Shown one piece after another: positions 48,888-58,605 of a stretch of DNA of 64,000 nt. Positions within the stretch are counted from its first letter, which is position 1. Each line of letters begins with the position of its first letter. The stretch lies in assembly GCA_020850415.1 (NCBI GenBank), contig JADZER010000010.1, positions 77,459-141,458 on the forward strand, in the 5' to 3' direction. The position numbers and the translations under genes were made by a program. This stretch comes from Phycisphaerales bacterium. Lineage in GTDB: Bacteria > Planctomycetota > Phycisphaerae > Phycisphaerales > UBA1924. Under the pieces are notes generated by a model. It was not told where the DNA came from. It did not search any database and saw only the letters and a list, made by a program, of their open reading frames with translations.

Positions 48888-50942
48888 ATGGGGGGTGACC
48901 CCGAGCACAGCTTGGTATCGCTCCTGGCGGTCTGGCTCCCCCTTGTCGGGGCCGCGATCGTCGGGGCGAGCGGGCTGCCGGGGCTCTTCTTGGCTCGAAG
49001 GTCGGCGCCGGGGGCGTGGACGGCGGCGGTCCTCCACCTGCTCGGCGCCGCGGCGGCGCTCGGGGGGGCGGCCGCGTCCGTCGTCACCGTGGGCGCGACA
49101 TCCCTGGATCTGCCGTGGGGGCTGCCCTTCGGTTCATTCCGGGTCGAGCTCGACGGGCTGAGCGCCGCGTTCTTGGTGCCGCTCGCCCTCGTGCCGGCGC
49201 TCGGGTCGGTCTACGGGCTGCGGTATTGGAGCCCGCGGGCGCACCCCGACACCAGCAGGAAGCTGCGGGTGTTCTACGGGATCCTCGCCGCCTCCCTGAT
49301 CCTCCTCACTGTCGCGCGTGACGGCGTGCTCTTCCTGTTCGCCTGGGAGGGGATGGCGCTCTCCGCGTTCTTCCTCGTCACGATCGACGACCGCGACGAC
49401 CAGGCCCGGTCCGCCGGATGGGTGTACTTCGTCGCCACCCATGTCGGCACCCTCGCGCTGTTCGGGCTCCTCGCGGCGGTCGCTTCGGCCGGCGGCTCAT
49501 TCGGGCTCGACCCGCTGCCCGACACGGCGGCGCCCCTCGGGGTGGGGACGGTCATCTTCCTGCTCGGCCTCATCGGGTTCGGTCTGAAGGCGGGGATCAT
49601 GCCGCTGCATGTGTGGCTCCCCGGTGCGCACGCGGTGGCGCCGAGCCATGTGTCCGCGGTGCTCTCGGGGGTCGTGCTCAAGGTCGGTATCTACGGGCTG
49701 GCGAGGCTGACCTGCATGCTGCCCCATCCCCCCGTGTTCTGGGGCGGGCTCCTGCTCACGCTCGGCGTGGTCAGCGGCATCGTCGGTGTGCTCTTCGCGG
49801 TGGCGCAGCATGACCTCAAGCGGCTGCTCGCCTACCACAGCATCGAGAACATCGGGATCATCACCATGGGCCTCGGGCTGGCGATGCTCGGCCGTTCCTA
49901 CGGGCGCGCGGATTGGATGGCGCTGGGGCTCGGGGGCGCCATCCTCCATGTCTGGAATCACGCCTTTTTCAAGTCGCTCCTGTTCATGGCGGCCGGGGCG
50001 GTGATCCACCGGGTGCACACCCGCGAGATCGACCGGATGGGCGGCCTCGCCAGGTCGATGCCGATCACCGGCGCGCTGTTCCTGTGTGGGGCGGTCGCCA
50101 TCTGTGGCCTGCCGCCCCTCAACGGGTTCGTCAGTGAGCTGCTGATCTATCTCGGACTCCTTCGGACGGTGCAGCCGATCGACGGCGTCGCCGCGGCCGG
50201 AGCGGCGTTCGCCGTGCCCGCGCTGGCGATCATCGGCGCTCTGGCCGTCGCGTGCTTCGTGAAGGTCTTCGGCGCGGTCTTCCTGGGCTCCCCGCGGGAG
50301 CATCACGACGCGACCCCGTCAGAGGCTCCGGGGTCGATGCTCGCGCCGATGCTGGTGCTCGCGGCGGTGTGCGTGGGGATCGGGGCGCTGCCCGCTCTGG
50401 CGCTGCCGTTCCTCGATGCCGCCGCACGCGCATGGTCGGTGGGAGCGCACGCGGAGGCGCTGCCGCTGGGCCTGCTCGCGCCCCTGTGGTGGGTCAGTGC
50501 GCTCGCCGGCGCCACATGGCTGTTCGCCATTCTCCTGGCGCTGGGCCTGCGGCGCCTCGTGCGACCGCCCGGCGCGGCCCGCGTGGGCACTTGGGACTGC
50601 GGGTATGCCGCGCCGTCCGCGCGGATGCAGTACACGGCTTCGTCGTTCGCGCAGATCCTCGTGGGGCTGTTCGCGTCGGTGCTGCACCCCCGCGAGCGAC
50701 GCCCCCGCGTGGGCCGCCTGTTCCCCCGAGGCAGAAGCTACAGCAGCCATGTGCACGATGTCGTGCTGGCGGAGTGGGTTGTGCCCGCCGTCGCGGTGCT
50801 GGCGCGCCAGGCCGCGCGCCTCCGGATCATCCAGGCCGGTCACATCCAGCTGTACATCCTCTATGTTCTCCTTATCGTGATCGCGCTCGTGCTGTCGGCC
50901 GTGCCGCTCCTTGACCTGCTGCGGAGCCTTGTCACGCGATGA
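48888..50942 (+). CDS. Hyf/Ehr complex antiporter-like subunit (HyfB/NuoL-like), copy 1
   Basis: A 684-aa polytopic Mrp/NuoL-type proton-conducting membrane transporter (GIMPLHVWLPGAHAVAPSHVSAVLSGVVLKVGIYG, LLAYHSIENIG). Confidence 0.9.
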   Translation: MGGDPEHSLVSLLAVWLPLVGAAIVGASGLPGLFLARRSAPGAWTAAVLHLLGAAAALGGAAASVVTVGATSLDLPWGLPFGSFRVELDGLSAAFLVPLALVPALGSVYGLRYWSPRAHPDTSRKLRVFYGILAASLILLTVARDGVLFLFAWEGMALSAFFLVTIDDRDDQARSAGWVYFVATHVGTLALFGLLAAVASAGGSFGLDPLPDTAAPLGVGTVIFLLGLIGFGLKAGIMPLHVWLPGAHAVAPSHVSAVLSGVVLKVGIYGLARLTCMLPHPPVFWGGLLLTLGVVSGIVGVLFAVAQHDLKRLLAYHSIENIGIITMGLGLAMLGRSYGRADWMALGLGGAILHVWNHAFFKSLLFMAAGAVIHRVHTREIDRMGGLARSMPITGALFLCGAVAICGLPPLNGFVSELLIYLGLLRTVQPIDGVAAAGAAFAVPALAIIGALAVACFVKVFGAVFLGSPREHHDATPSEAPGSMLAPMLVLAAVCVGIGALPALALPFLDAAARAWSVGAHAEALPLGLLAPLWWVSALAGATWLFAILLALGLRRLVRPPGAARVGTWDCGYAAPSARMQYTASSFAQILVGLFASVLHPRERRPRVGRLFPRGRSYSSHVHDVVLAEWVVPAVAVLARQAARLRIIQAGHIQLYILYVLLIVIALVLSAVPLLDLLRSLVTR

Positions 50943-52918
50943 GACCGATCGAACTCATCCTGGTCGCGGCGGCGCTGCAGGCGTGCAGCGGACTCCCCGG
51001 GCTGCTGGGGACCGGGCCGTCCCGATGGGGCGAGCGGACGGCCGCCGCCATGTTCGCCCTCGCCGCCGCGCTCGGGATGCTGGGCGTGCTCCTGCCGGCG
51101 GACGGGACCGACACACCACTCTCGGCGTCGTGGGGGCTGCCCGGGGGGGACCTCGCGGTCGCGATCGACCCCGTGAGCCGCGCCTTCCTGTTGCCGGTGC
51201 TTCTGATTCCCGCGCTCGGCGCGGTCTACGGCCTCGGGTATTGGCGCCAGGCCGACCACCCGACCAACGGGCGGAAGCTCAGGGTGTTCTACGGCTTGAT
51301 GCCGGCGGCGATGACCGTCGTCGTCCTGGCGCAAAACGGGATCGTGTTCCTGATGGCGTGGGAGGTCATGGCGATCGCCGGGTTCTTCCTGGTGAGCACC
51401 GAGGACGACCAGCGGGCGTCCCGAGAGGCCGCGTGGGTGTACTTCATCGCGGCGCACCTCGGGACATTGTGCCTGTTCGGGATGTTCGCGGTGCTGCACA
51501 GCGCCGCGGGGTCCTTTGACTTTGACGCCATCGCCGCCTCGCGCATGGCCCCGCCGCTGACCACCGCCGCGTTCCTGCTCGGTCTGATGGGATTCGGGAT
51601 AAAGGCGGGCCTCATGCCGCTGCATGTGTGGTTGCCCGGGGCGCACGCGAACGCTCCGAGCCATGTCTCGGCGGTGCTCTCCGGCGTGATGCTTAAGATG
51701 GGCATCTACGGCCTGGTCAGGATGACCTCGCTCCTCCCGGCACCGCCGACATGGTGGGGCGGCGCCCTGCTGGCGCTCGGGGCCGTCTCCGCGATCCTCG
51801 GCCTGGTGTTCGCGATGGCGCAGCACGACCTCAAGCGCCTGCTGGCGTACAGCAGCATCGAGAATGTCGGTGTCATCACGATCGGGCTGGGCCTGGCGCT
51901 GCTGGGCCGCTCGACGGGGAACCCGGCCTGGGCGGTTCTCGGCCTGGGGGGGGCCATCCTCCATGTCTGGAATCACAGCCTGTTCAAGCCGTTGCTGTTC
52001 TTCGGGGCCGGCTCGATCCTGCACGGCGCGGGGACGAGGCAGATCGATCACCTCGGCGGGCTCTCACGCCGAATGCCGCGGACGGCCGGGCTCTTCCTGG
52101 TCGGTTGCGTGGCGATCTGCGCCCTGCCCCCCCTCAACGGCTTCGCCAGCGAGTTGCTGATCTACCTGGGTCTGCTCGGCACGCTGGACGGACAGGGCGG
52201 GCTTCCATCCGCGGCCGCCGTGGTCCCGGTGCTCGCGCTGGCCGGAGGGTTGGCCGCCGTCGCGTTCGCCAAGCTCTTCGGAACGGCATTCCTCGGGGAG
52301 CCGCGGACCGAGACCGCGCGGCACGCGCACGAGTCTCCGCTCGCGATGATCCTCCCCATGTCAGTTCTCGCCGCGCTCTGCGTCGCGGTCGGGGCGTTCG
52401 CCGCCGTCCTGGCCCCGCTCCTCGATCGGGCGATCGCGGGCTGGTGGTCGGCGGTCGGCACGCAGGTTCCGTCGGTGGTGGAGGTCTCGCCCCTGCGGTG
52501 GTTGCCGCTCACCAGCGCGGCGATCTTCCTGGTGTCCGGCGTCGCCATCGTCGCGCTCCGCCGGGCCATGCGCACCACGGCGATCCGCCCGGGCACATGG
52601 GACTGCGGGTACGCCGAGCCCAGCCCCCGGATGCAGTACACCGGCTCGTCCTTCTCGCAGTTTGCGGGGTCTCTCTTCTCGTGGGCCCTGCTCCCCCGCG
52701 TCGACGCGCCGAGGATCAGAGGGCTGTTCCCGCCGACCGGCCGCTTCCGATCGGAGGTGCCCGACGCGGTCCTCGACCGGATGGTGCTCCCATCGGCACG
52801 CCTGGCCACGCATTTCCTGCGCTGGGCGCGCGTGCTCCAGCGGGGCAAGATCCAGATCTACATGCTGTATGTCCTGCTGACGGTGCTCGCCCTGTTCGTC
52901 TCAACCTTTGTGCTGTAG
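50939..52918 (+). CDS. Hyf/Ehr complex antiporter-like subunit (HyfB/HyfD-like), copy 2
   Basis: A 659-aa paralog of the upstream gene (GLMPLHVWLPGAHANAPSHVSAVLSGVMLKMGIYG, LLAYSSIENVG). ATGA overlap with copy 1. Confidence 0.9.
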   Translation: MRPIELILVAAALQACSGLPGLLGTGPSRWGERTAAAMFALAAALGMLGVLLPADGTDTPLSASWGLPGGDLAVAIDPVSRAFLLPVLLIPALGAVYGLGYWRQADHPTNGRKLRVFYGLMPAAMTVVVLAQNGIVFLMAWEVMAIAGFFLVSTEDDQRASREAAWVYFIAAHLGTLCLFGMFAVLHSAAGSFDFDAIAASRMAPPLTTAAFLLGLMGFGIKAGLMPLHVWLPGAHANAPSHVSAVLSGVMLKMGIYGLVRMTSLLPAPPTWWGGALLALGAVSAILGLVFAMAQHDLKRLLAYSSIENVGVITIGLGLALLGRSTGNPAWAVLGLGGAILHVWNHSLFKPLLFFGAGSILHGAGTRQIDHLGGLSRRMPRTAGLFLVGCVAICALPPLNGFASELLIYLGLLGTLDGQGGLPSAAAVVPVLALAGGLAAVAFAKLFGTAFLGEPRTETARHAHESPLAMILPMSVLAALCVAVGAFAAVLAPLLDRAIAGWWSAVGTQVPSVVEVSPLRWLPLTSAAIFLVSGVAIVALRRAMRTTAIRPGTWDCGYAEPSPRMQYTGSSFSQFAGSLFSWALLPRVDAPRIRGLFPPTGRFRSEVPDAVLDRMVLPSARLATHFLRWARVLQRGKIQIYMLYVLLTVLALFVSTFVL

Positions 52919-53046
52919 AGGAACCAACGCATGACAGCGTCGCGCCTGCCGACTCTTGACGATCCGGGATGCCGCCGGGCGGGTTGCGCTCGCTGCGGCC
53001 GGCCGGGCGCTCCGCACGCCCTCGGCGGCCCGATGGGGGATGCTCC

Positions 53047-53964
53047 ATGATCGACACGGCTGTGCAGGTTGTGCTGCTCCTGGTGATGCCGCCCCTGCTG
53101 CTCGGCGTGATCACCAAGACCAAGGCCGCGATCGCGGGCAGGGTCGGGGCCCCGCTCCTGCAGCCGTACCACGACATCATCAAGCTCCTCCGCAAGGGCT
53201 CGGTCCTGAGCCGCACGACCACCTGGGTCTTCCTCGCCGGCCCCGCGGTCACATGCGCCGCGGTGCTTCTGGCGGGCCTCCTGGTCCCCATGGGCGGCCA
53301 GCCGGCCCCGATCCGGTTCGCCGGCGACCTGATCCTCTTCGCGTACCTGCTCGCCCTGGGGAGGTTCTTCACCACGATCGCCGCGCTCGATACCGGCTCC
53401 TCGTTCGAGGGGATGGGGGCGGCGCGCGAGGTAACCTTCGCCTGCCTCGCGGAGCCGGCGCTGTTCTTCGGGCTCCTGGCCCTGGCCAGGCTGACCGAGG
53501 GGCTGAGCCTCTCGGCGTTCTTCGGCCCGGGTGTCGCCAGCGCGTGGGTCGATGCCGCCCCGAGCATGGTGCTCGTCCTCGCGGGCCTCTTCATCGTGCT
53601 GCTCGCCGAGAACTCACGCATCCCCTTCGACGACCCGAACACCCACCTCGAGCTAACGATGATCCACGAGGTCATGGTGCTCGACCACGGCGGACCGGCG
53701 CTGGGCACGGTCCTGTACGGCGCGGCGGTCAAGCTCTTCGTCCTCTCCTCGCTCGTGGCGCGCCTGGCCGTCCCGATGGAAACCGGCCAGCCCCTGCTGC
53801 GGTGGCCGGTGTTCATCGCTTCCGTGCTCATGGTCGCGGTAGTGATCGGGCTGGTCGAATCGACCATGGCGAGGCTGCGGCTGCTGCATGTGCCCAACCT
53901 CCTTGTGGGCGCGTGCCTGCTGACCGGGTTCGGGTTCATCCTTCTTCTGGGGTCGCCGCGATGA
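53047..53964 (+). CDS. Hyf/Ehr complex membrane subunit (HyfC/HycD/NuoH-like)
   Basis: The N-terminus MIDTAVQVVLLLVMPPLLLGVITKTKAAIAGRVGAPLLQPYHDIIKLL matches the HycD/NuoH layout. It also contains the ENSRIPFD and EL.MIHE motifs. Confidence 0.9.
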   Translation: MIDTAVQVVLLLVMPPLLLGVITKTKAAIAGRVGAPLLQPYHDIIKLLRKGSVLSRTTTWVFLAGPAVTCAAVLLAGLLVPMGGQPAPIRFAGDLILFAYLLALGRFFTTIAALDTGSSFEGMGAAREVTFACLAEPALFFGLLALARLTEGLSLSAFFGPGVASAWVDAAPSMVLVLAGLFIVLLAENSRIPFDDPNTHLELTMIHEVMVLDHGGPALGTVLYGAAVKLFVLSSLVARLAVPMETGQPLLRWPVFIASVLMVAVVIGLVESTMARLRLLHVPNLLVGACLLTGFGFILLLGSPR

Positions 53965-54602
53965 GTTCCGCCACCGACGCGCTCTTGGTCCTGATCCTCC
54001 TGCTGAACTTCTTCGTGCTCGGTTCCAGCCGGATCCGCTCCATCATCTACACGATCGCCGCGCAGGGCCTGCTGCTGGGTGTTCTGCCCCTGCTGGTGCA
54101 CGAGAGCATCGGCGTGCGCGAGGGGCTGGTGAGCGTCGGCGCGATCGCGCTCAAGTCCGTCGTGATCCCGCGCATGCTCCTGCGGGCGATGGCCGACCTC
54201 CCGATCCGGCGCGAGATCGAGCCGCTCGTGGGCTACCGCACCTCGCTGCTGCTCGGCGCCGCCGCCACGGGCGCGTCGATGGCGCTGGCCGCCCGTTTGC
54301 CGCTGGAGATCGTCCACCCGCCGCCGCTGCTCGTCCCGGCCTCGTTCGCCACGGTCCTCACCGGGTTCATCGTGCTGACCACCCGCACCAAGGCCATCAC
54401 GCAGGTGCTGGGGTACCTGATGCTGGAGAACGGCATCTTCATCTTCGGGGTGCTGCTGCTCGAGGCGATGCCGTTCCTGGTCGAGGTCGGGGTGCTGCTG
54501 GACCTCTTCGTCGCGATCTTCGTGATGGGGATCATCATCAACCACATCAGCCGAGAGTTCGCGTCGGTCAGCACCGAGCGCCTGGCGGAGCTGAGAGAAT
54601 GA
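53961..54602 (+). CDS. Hyf/Ehr complex membrane subunit (HyfE-like)
   Basis: A 213-aa hydrophobic protein with ATGA overlap to the upstream gene. The LMLENGIFIFGVLL motif is typical of HyfE/hydrogenase-4 component E. Confidence 0.85.
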   Translation: MSSATDALLVLILLLNFFVLGSSRIRSIIYTIAAQGLLLGVLPLLVHESIGVREGLVSVGAIALKSVVIPRMLLRAMADLPIRREIEPLVGYRTSLLLGAAATGASMALAARLPLEIVHPPPLLVPASFATVLTGFIVLTTRTKAITQVLGYLMLENGIFIFGVLLLEAMPFLVEVGVLLDLFVAIFVMGIIINHISREFASVSTERLAELRE

Positions 54603-56041
54603 TACTCGCACTCACACTGGCCGGTGTCCCCCTGTGCGGCGCGGCGATCGCGTACGCCATCCCGTCGAACACGGCGCGACCACTGGTGCTGCCCGTGTGC
54701 GCGCTCGCGCACCTGGCCGCGGCAGTGGCGGCGTTCGCGGGGGTTGACGCGGGCGCCGGCTGGCTCGCCCTCGACCCGCCGGGCCGGCTCGTGCTGCTCC
54801 TGGTGAGCGTCCTCTTCGCCGCCTGCTCGTTCTACGCAGTGGGGTACCTCCGGCTCCGTGGCGAGCGCGACAACAAGGTGTTCTGCGCCTGCCTGCTGGC
54901 GTTCCTGGGCATGACGAGCCTGATCGCCTGCGCCCAGCATCTCGGGCTCTTCTGGGTCGCGGTCGAGGCGACCACGCTCTCCAGCGCACCGCTGCTGTAC
55001 TTCAACCGCACGGGGCATTCGCTCGAAGCGACATGGAAGTACCTGCTCATCGGCTCGGTGGGGATCGCGCTCGCGCTGCTCGGGTCGCTCTTCCTCGGCT
55101 ACTCGGCTCTGGCCGGGGGCCAGGACTCCTCGCTCCTCTTCGATGACCTGGTCAGGAACGCCCCGAGCTTCTCCAAACCGTGGCTCCACGGCGCGTTCAT
55201 CCTCCTCTTCGTCGGCTACGGCACGAAGATGGGCCTCGCGCCCATGCACACATGGAAGCCCGACGCCTACGGCGAGACCCCCGGCGTTGTCGGCGCCCTG
55301 CTCGCCGGAGGATTGACCAGCTGCGCCTTCCTGGGCATCGTCCGGACATTCCGTGTGGTGGTCGCGGCCGGCGAGGCCGAGTTCGCCAGCCAGATCCTGG
55401 TGGTCATGGGCGTCGTGTCGATGGCGGTCGCCGGGGTGTTCATGGTGCAGCAACGAGACTTCAAACGCATGCTGGCCTACTCCAGCGTCGAGCACATGGG
55501 GCTGCTGATCCTGGGCCTGGGCCTGGGGCCCGTGGGCGCGTACGGCTCGCTCCTGCACATGGTGAACAACGGCCTGGTCAAGGGCGTTATGTTCCTCACC
55601 GCGGGCAACATCCATCGCGCCTACGAGAGCAAGTCGACCGACGAAGTCTCGGGCGCGCTCCGGAGGCTGCCATGGTCCGGCGGGCTCTTTCTCGCCGGAT
55701 TCATCGCCGTGACGGGATCCCCGCCCTTCGCCCCGTTCGTCAGCGAATTCACCATCCTGAACGCAGCCATCGGCGAGGGACGGTACATCATCGGCGGCCT
55801 CATGCTCGTACTCCTCCTGGTGATCTTCATGGGGATGGGGGCGACCGTCCTGGCGGTCGTGCAGGGACAACCATCGGCGCGAGCGAAGCGGACACCCTTC
55901 CATGACCGGGCCATCACGATCCTGCCCCCGCTCGTGCTGATGACCGGCGTGGTCATCCTTGGCCTCTTCGTGCCCGCGCCGCTGCGCCGCACGATCGAAG
56001 AGGCCGTGCGATTCCTCGGATTCCCGGAGCCCCAGCCGTGA
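54599..56041 (+). CDS. Hyf/Ehr complex antiporter-like subunit (HyfF/NuoN-M-like)
   Basis: A 480-aa polytopic protein (GLAPMHTWKPDAYGETP, MLAYSSVEHMG). ATGA overlap upstream and GTGA overlap downstream. Confidence 0.9.
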   Translation: MILALTLAGVPLCGAAIAYAIPSNTARPLVLPVCALAHLAAAVAAFAGVDAGAGWLALDPPGRLVLLLVSVLFAACSFYAVGYLRLRGERDNKVFCACLLAFLGMTSLIACAQHLGLFWVAVEATTLSSAPLLYFNRTGHSLEATWKYLLIGSVGIALALLGSLFLGYSALAGGQDSSLLFDDLVRNAPSFSKPWLHGAFILLFVGYGTKMGLAPMHTWKPDAYGETPGVVGALLAGGLTSCAFLGIVRTFRVVVAAGEAEFASQILVVMGVVSMAVAGVFMVQQRDFKRMLAYSSVEHMGLLILGLGLGPVGAYGSLLHMVNNGLVKGVMFLTAGNIHRAYESKSTDEVSGALRRLPWSGGLFLAGFIAVTGSPPFAPFVSEFTILNAAIGEGRYIIGGLMLVLLLVIFMGMGATVLAVVQGQPSARAKRTPFHDRAITILPPLVLMTGVVILGLFVPAPLRRTIEEAVRFLGFPEPQP

Positions 56042-57567
56042 TCAATGTGTCCCGCTTCCTCACGATGGGCAACGCCGACCCGGTGGAGCACAGCGATATC
56101 CCCGTGCTGCCGTTCGACCAGTTCAGATCCGATGTCGTCGGGGCAATCGCCGATGGGCTCCGCCTCGGGGCCCTGACCGCCCGCGCCGAGAGCGACCACT
56201 CCGTGCGCATCTACGCGGTCCTGCTCGACGACCTGACGGGCTTGATCCACGCCGCCAGCGCGACAACCCCGCACGGCTCGTTCCCGTCCCTCACGCCGGA
56301 CTGCCCCCAGGCGCACCTGTTCGAGCGAGAGATCACCGAGCAGCTCGGGGTCGAGCCCCGCGGCCACCCATGGCTGAAGCCGGTCCGCTTTCACGCGGCC
56401 TACTCCGGACGCCCCCAGCCGTGGGCCGGCCCCGACGGGGCGCCTCCCCTCATCGGTGTCACCGACTACTTCAGGGTGGAGGGCGACGAGGTGCACGAGG
56501 TCGCCGTGGGCCCGGTCCACGCCGGGATCATCGAGCCGGGGCACTTCCGGTTCCAGTGCCACGGCGAGGAAGTGTTCCACCTGGAGATCTCGCTCGGCTA
56601 CCAGCACCGCGGGATCGAGCGTCGCCTCCTGGGCGGGCCGGACCGGCGCACCATCCACTACTTCGAAACGCTGGCCGGCGATACCACGGTCGGTCACACC
56701 ATGGCGTACTGCCACGCCGTCGAGGCCCTGATCGGCCTCCATGCCCCGGCCCGAGCGCAGGCCCTGCGCGGCATCGCCCTCGAGCTGGAGCGCCTGGCCA
56801 ACCATGTCGGCGACCTCGGCGCCCTGGCGGGGGATGTGGGCTTCCTGCCCACCGCCGCGTACTGCGGCCGCCTCCGCGGGGACTTCCTGAACATGACCGC
56901 GGCGATGTGCGGGAGCCGCTTCGGCCGGGACCTCGTCCGCCCGGGCGGCGTGGTCTTCGATCTCGAGCCCGAGCAGGTCGGCGCCCTCACCAGCCGCCTC
57001 GCCGACGCCGAACGAGACACCGCCTCGGCGGTCAACCTGCTGTGGAACACCCCGTCCGTCATGGCGCGGCTCGAAGACACCGGCCGGCTCGAGCGCGGCA
57101 CCGCCGAGAGCATCGGGCTCGTCGGGCCCGCCGCACGGGCGTGCGGGATCAGCCGCGATGTACGCCACGACTTCCCATCCGGGATCTACCAGTTCAGCCA
57201 CCTGCCGGTCTCCACATGGGGCACCGGCGATGTGTTTGCCCGTGCGTATGTGCGCTGGCTGGAGATTCAGCAGTCGATCCGGTTCATCCGCGAGCAGCTC
57301 CAGGTGCTGCCCGGGGGGCCCTGCATCGCGGAGGTGGGCCCCCTGCCGCCGGGCCGGTTCGTGGTCTCGCTGATCGAGGGCTGGCGCGGCGAGATCTGTC
57401 ACATCGCGACGACCGGCCCCGACGGCGCCTTCGCCCACTACAAGGTGATCGACCCCTCGTTCCACAACTGGTTCGGGCTGGCGCTCGCCCTCCGCGGGCA
57501 ACAGATCTCGGACTTTCCCCTCTGCAACAAGAGCTTCAACCTGTCGTACTCGGGGCATGACCTCTAG
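56038..57567 (+). CDS. NuoC-NuoD/HycE-like 'large subunit' lacking NiFe-binding cysteines (Ehr-type)
   Basis: GPVHAGIIEPGHFRF and LGYQHRGIE place it in the group-4 hydrogenase/NuoD family. Where HycE-type proteins have R.CG.C...H, this protein has LAGDTTVGH. The C-terminus is DFPLCNKSFNLSYSGHDL instead of DPC..C. Confidence 0.9.
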   Translation: MINVSRFLTMGNADPVEHSDIPVLPFDQFRSDVVGAIADGLRLGALTARAESDHSVRIYAVLLDDLTGLIHAASATTPHGSFPSLTPDCPQAHLFEREITEQLGVEPRGHPWLKPVRFHAAYSGRPQPWAGPDGAPPLIGVTDYFRVEGDEVHEVAVGPVHAGIIEPGHFRFQCHGEEVFHLEISLGYQHRGIERRLLGGPDRRTIHYFETLAGDTTVGHTMAYCHAVEALIGLHAPARAQALRGIALELERLANHVGDLGALAGDVGFLPTAAYCGRLRGDFLNMTAAMCGSRFGRDLVRPGGVVFDLEPEQVGALTSRLADAERDTASAVNLLWNTPSVMARLEDTGRLERGTAESIGLVGPAARACGISRDVRHDFPSGIYQFSHLPVSTWGTGDVFARAYVRWLEIQQSIRFIREQLQVLPGGPCIAEVGPLPPGRFVVSLIEGWRGEICHIATTGPDGAFAHYKVIDPSFHNWFGLALALRGQQISDFPLCNKSFNLSYSGHDL

Positions 57568-57819
57568 CCCCGCCCGGTGACCGCCCCGAGGAGGCCCCAT
57601 GCAGACCGACAAGACCAGCCTCGCACACCTGCCGGGGCACTACCCCCACGCCGCAGGAAGCGCCGAGGTGAGCAGAGACCCGCGCAGCCGATGGCCTCGA
57701 TGCGTTCGCGCTCTCACGCTCGCCGGCTGTGACACCCTCGGGGGCCCCGGACGACGACGCGGCGTGCCGCTCCCCCCATCGAGGCGAGCGCCGCCGCAAT
57801 CCGGATCGGAGACCCAACA

Positions 57820-58605
57820 GTGATCCATGTGCTTCTGGCCCGCTACCGTCAACGACACCGGACGATGCGCTACCCGGCCGGCCCGCCGCCCGAACTGCCC
57901 GCCCACTTCCGCGGCCGGCCGACCATCGACGCGGCCAGGTGCCCCCCGGCGTGCCGCGAGTGTGCCGAGGCCTGCCCAACGCAGGCGATCACGATCAACG
58001 GGACGCCCCGGATCGACCTGGGCCGATGCCTCTTCTGCACGGACTGCCTGCGGGCATGCCCGTCCGACGCGATCGCGTTCTCGCGCGACTATCGGCTCTC
58101 GACGGACACGCGTGAAGCGCTCGTCATGGAGGACAATGTGCTCGAACTGGCCCGAGGACTCCAGGGAAAGACGCGACGCCTCTTCGGCAGATCGCTCAAG
58201 CTCCGTCAGGTGTCGGCCGGCGGGTGCAACGGCTGCGAGATGGACACCAATGTCCTGAGCACCATCGGCTGGGACCTGGCCCGGTTCGGCATCCAGTTCG
58301 TCGCCTCGCCGCGCCACGCCGACGGCCTCCTCGTCACCGGCTGCGTGACGGAGAACATGCAGCTCGCGCTGCAAAAGACCTACGACGCGTTAACACCGCC
58401 GAAGATCGTCATCGCCGTCGGGGCCTGCGCGATCTCCGGGGGACCATTCATCGATCACCCCGAAGGCCACAACGGCGTCACCGGGCGGCTCCCCGTCGAC
58501 CTGTTCATCCCCGGGTGCCCGCCGCACCCGCTGACCATCCTCGACGGCCTGCTGCGGTTCCTGGGCCGGATCGACCCGGAGCCGACCCCCGGGCAACGCA
58601 CATGA
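57820..58605 (+). CDS. Fusion of 2x[4Fe-4S] ferredoxin (HycF/NuoI-like) and NuoB/HycG-like small subunit
   Basis: The N-terminal half carries CPPACRECAEACP and CLFCTDCLRACP. The C-terminal half carries GGCNGCE, GACAISGG and GCPPHP, which together supply the four Cys of the N2-type cluster. The start is GTG at 57820. Confidence 0.88.
   Translation: MIHVLLARYRQRHRTMRYPAGPPPELPAHFRGRPTIDAARCPPACRECAEACPTQAITINGTPRIDLGRCLFCTDCLRACPSDAIAFSRDYRLSTDTREALVMEDNVLELARGLQGKTRRLFGRSLKLRQVSAGGCNGCEMDTNVLSTIGWDLARFGIQFVASPRHADGLLVTGCVTENMQLALQKTYDALTPPKIVIAVGACAISGGPFIDHPEGHNGVTGRLPVDLFIPGCPPHPLTILDGLLRFLGRIDPEPTPGQRT

Noticed and set aside
48888-58605. Annotating the cluster as a functional formate hydrogenlyase / hydrogenase-4 (hyfBCDEFGHI)
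   Set aside because: The large subunit lacks the RxCGxC and DPCxxC NiFe ligands. No fdhF, hyp, hycI or focB genes are in the window. The call is kept as a Hyf/Ehr-like complex of unknown redox function.
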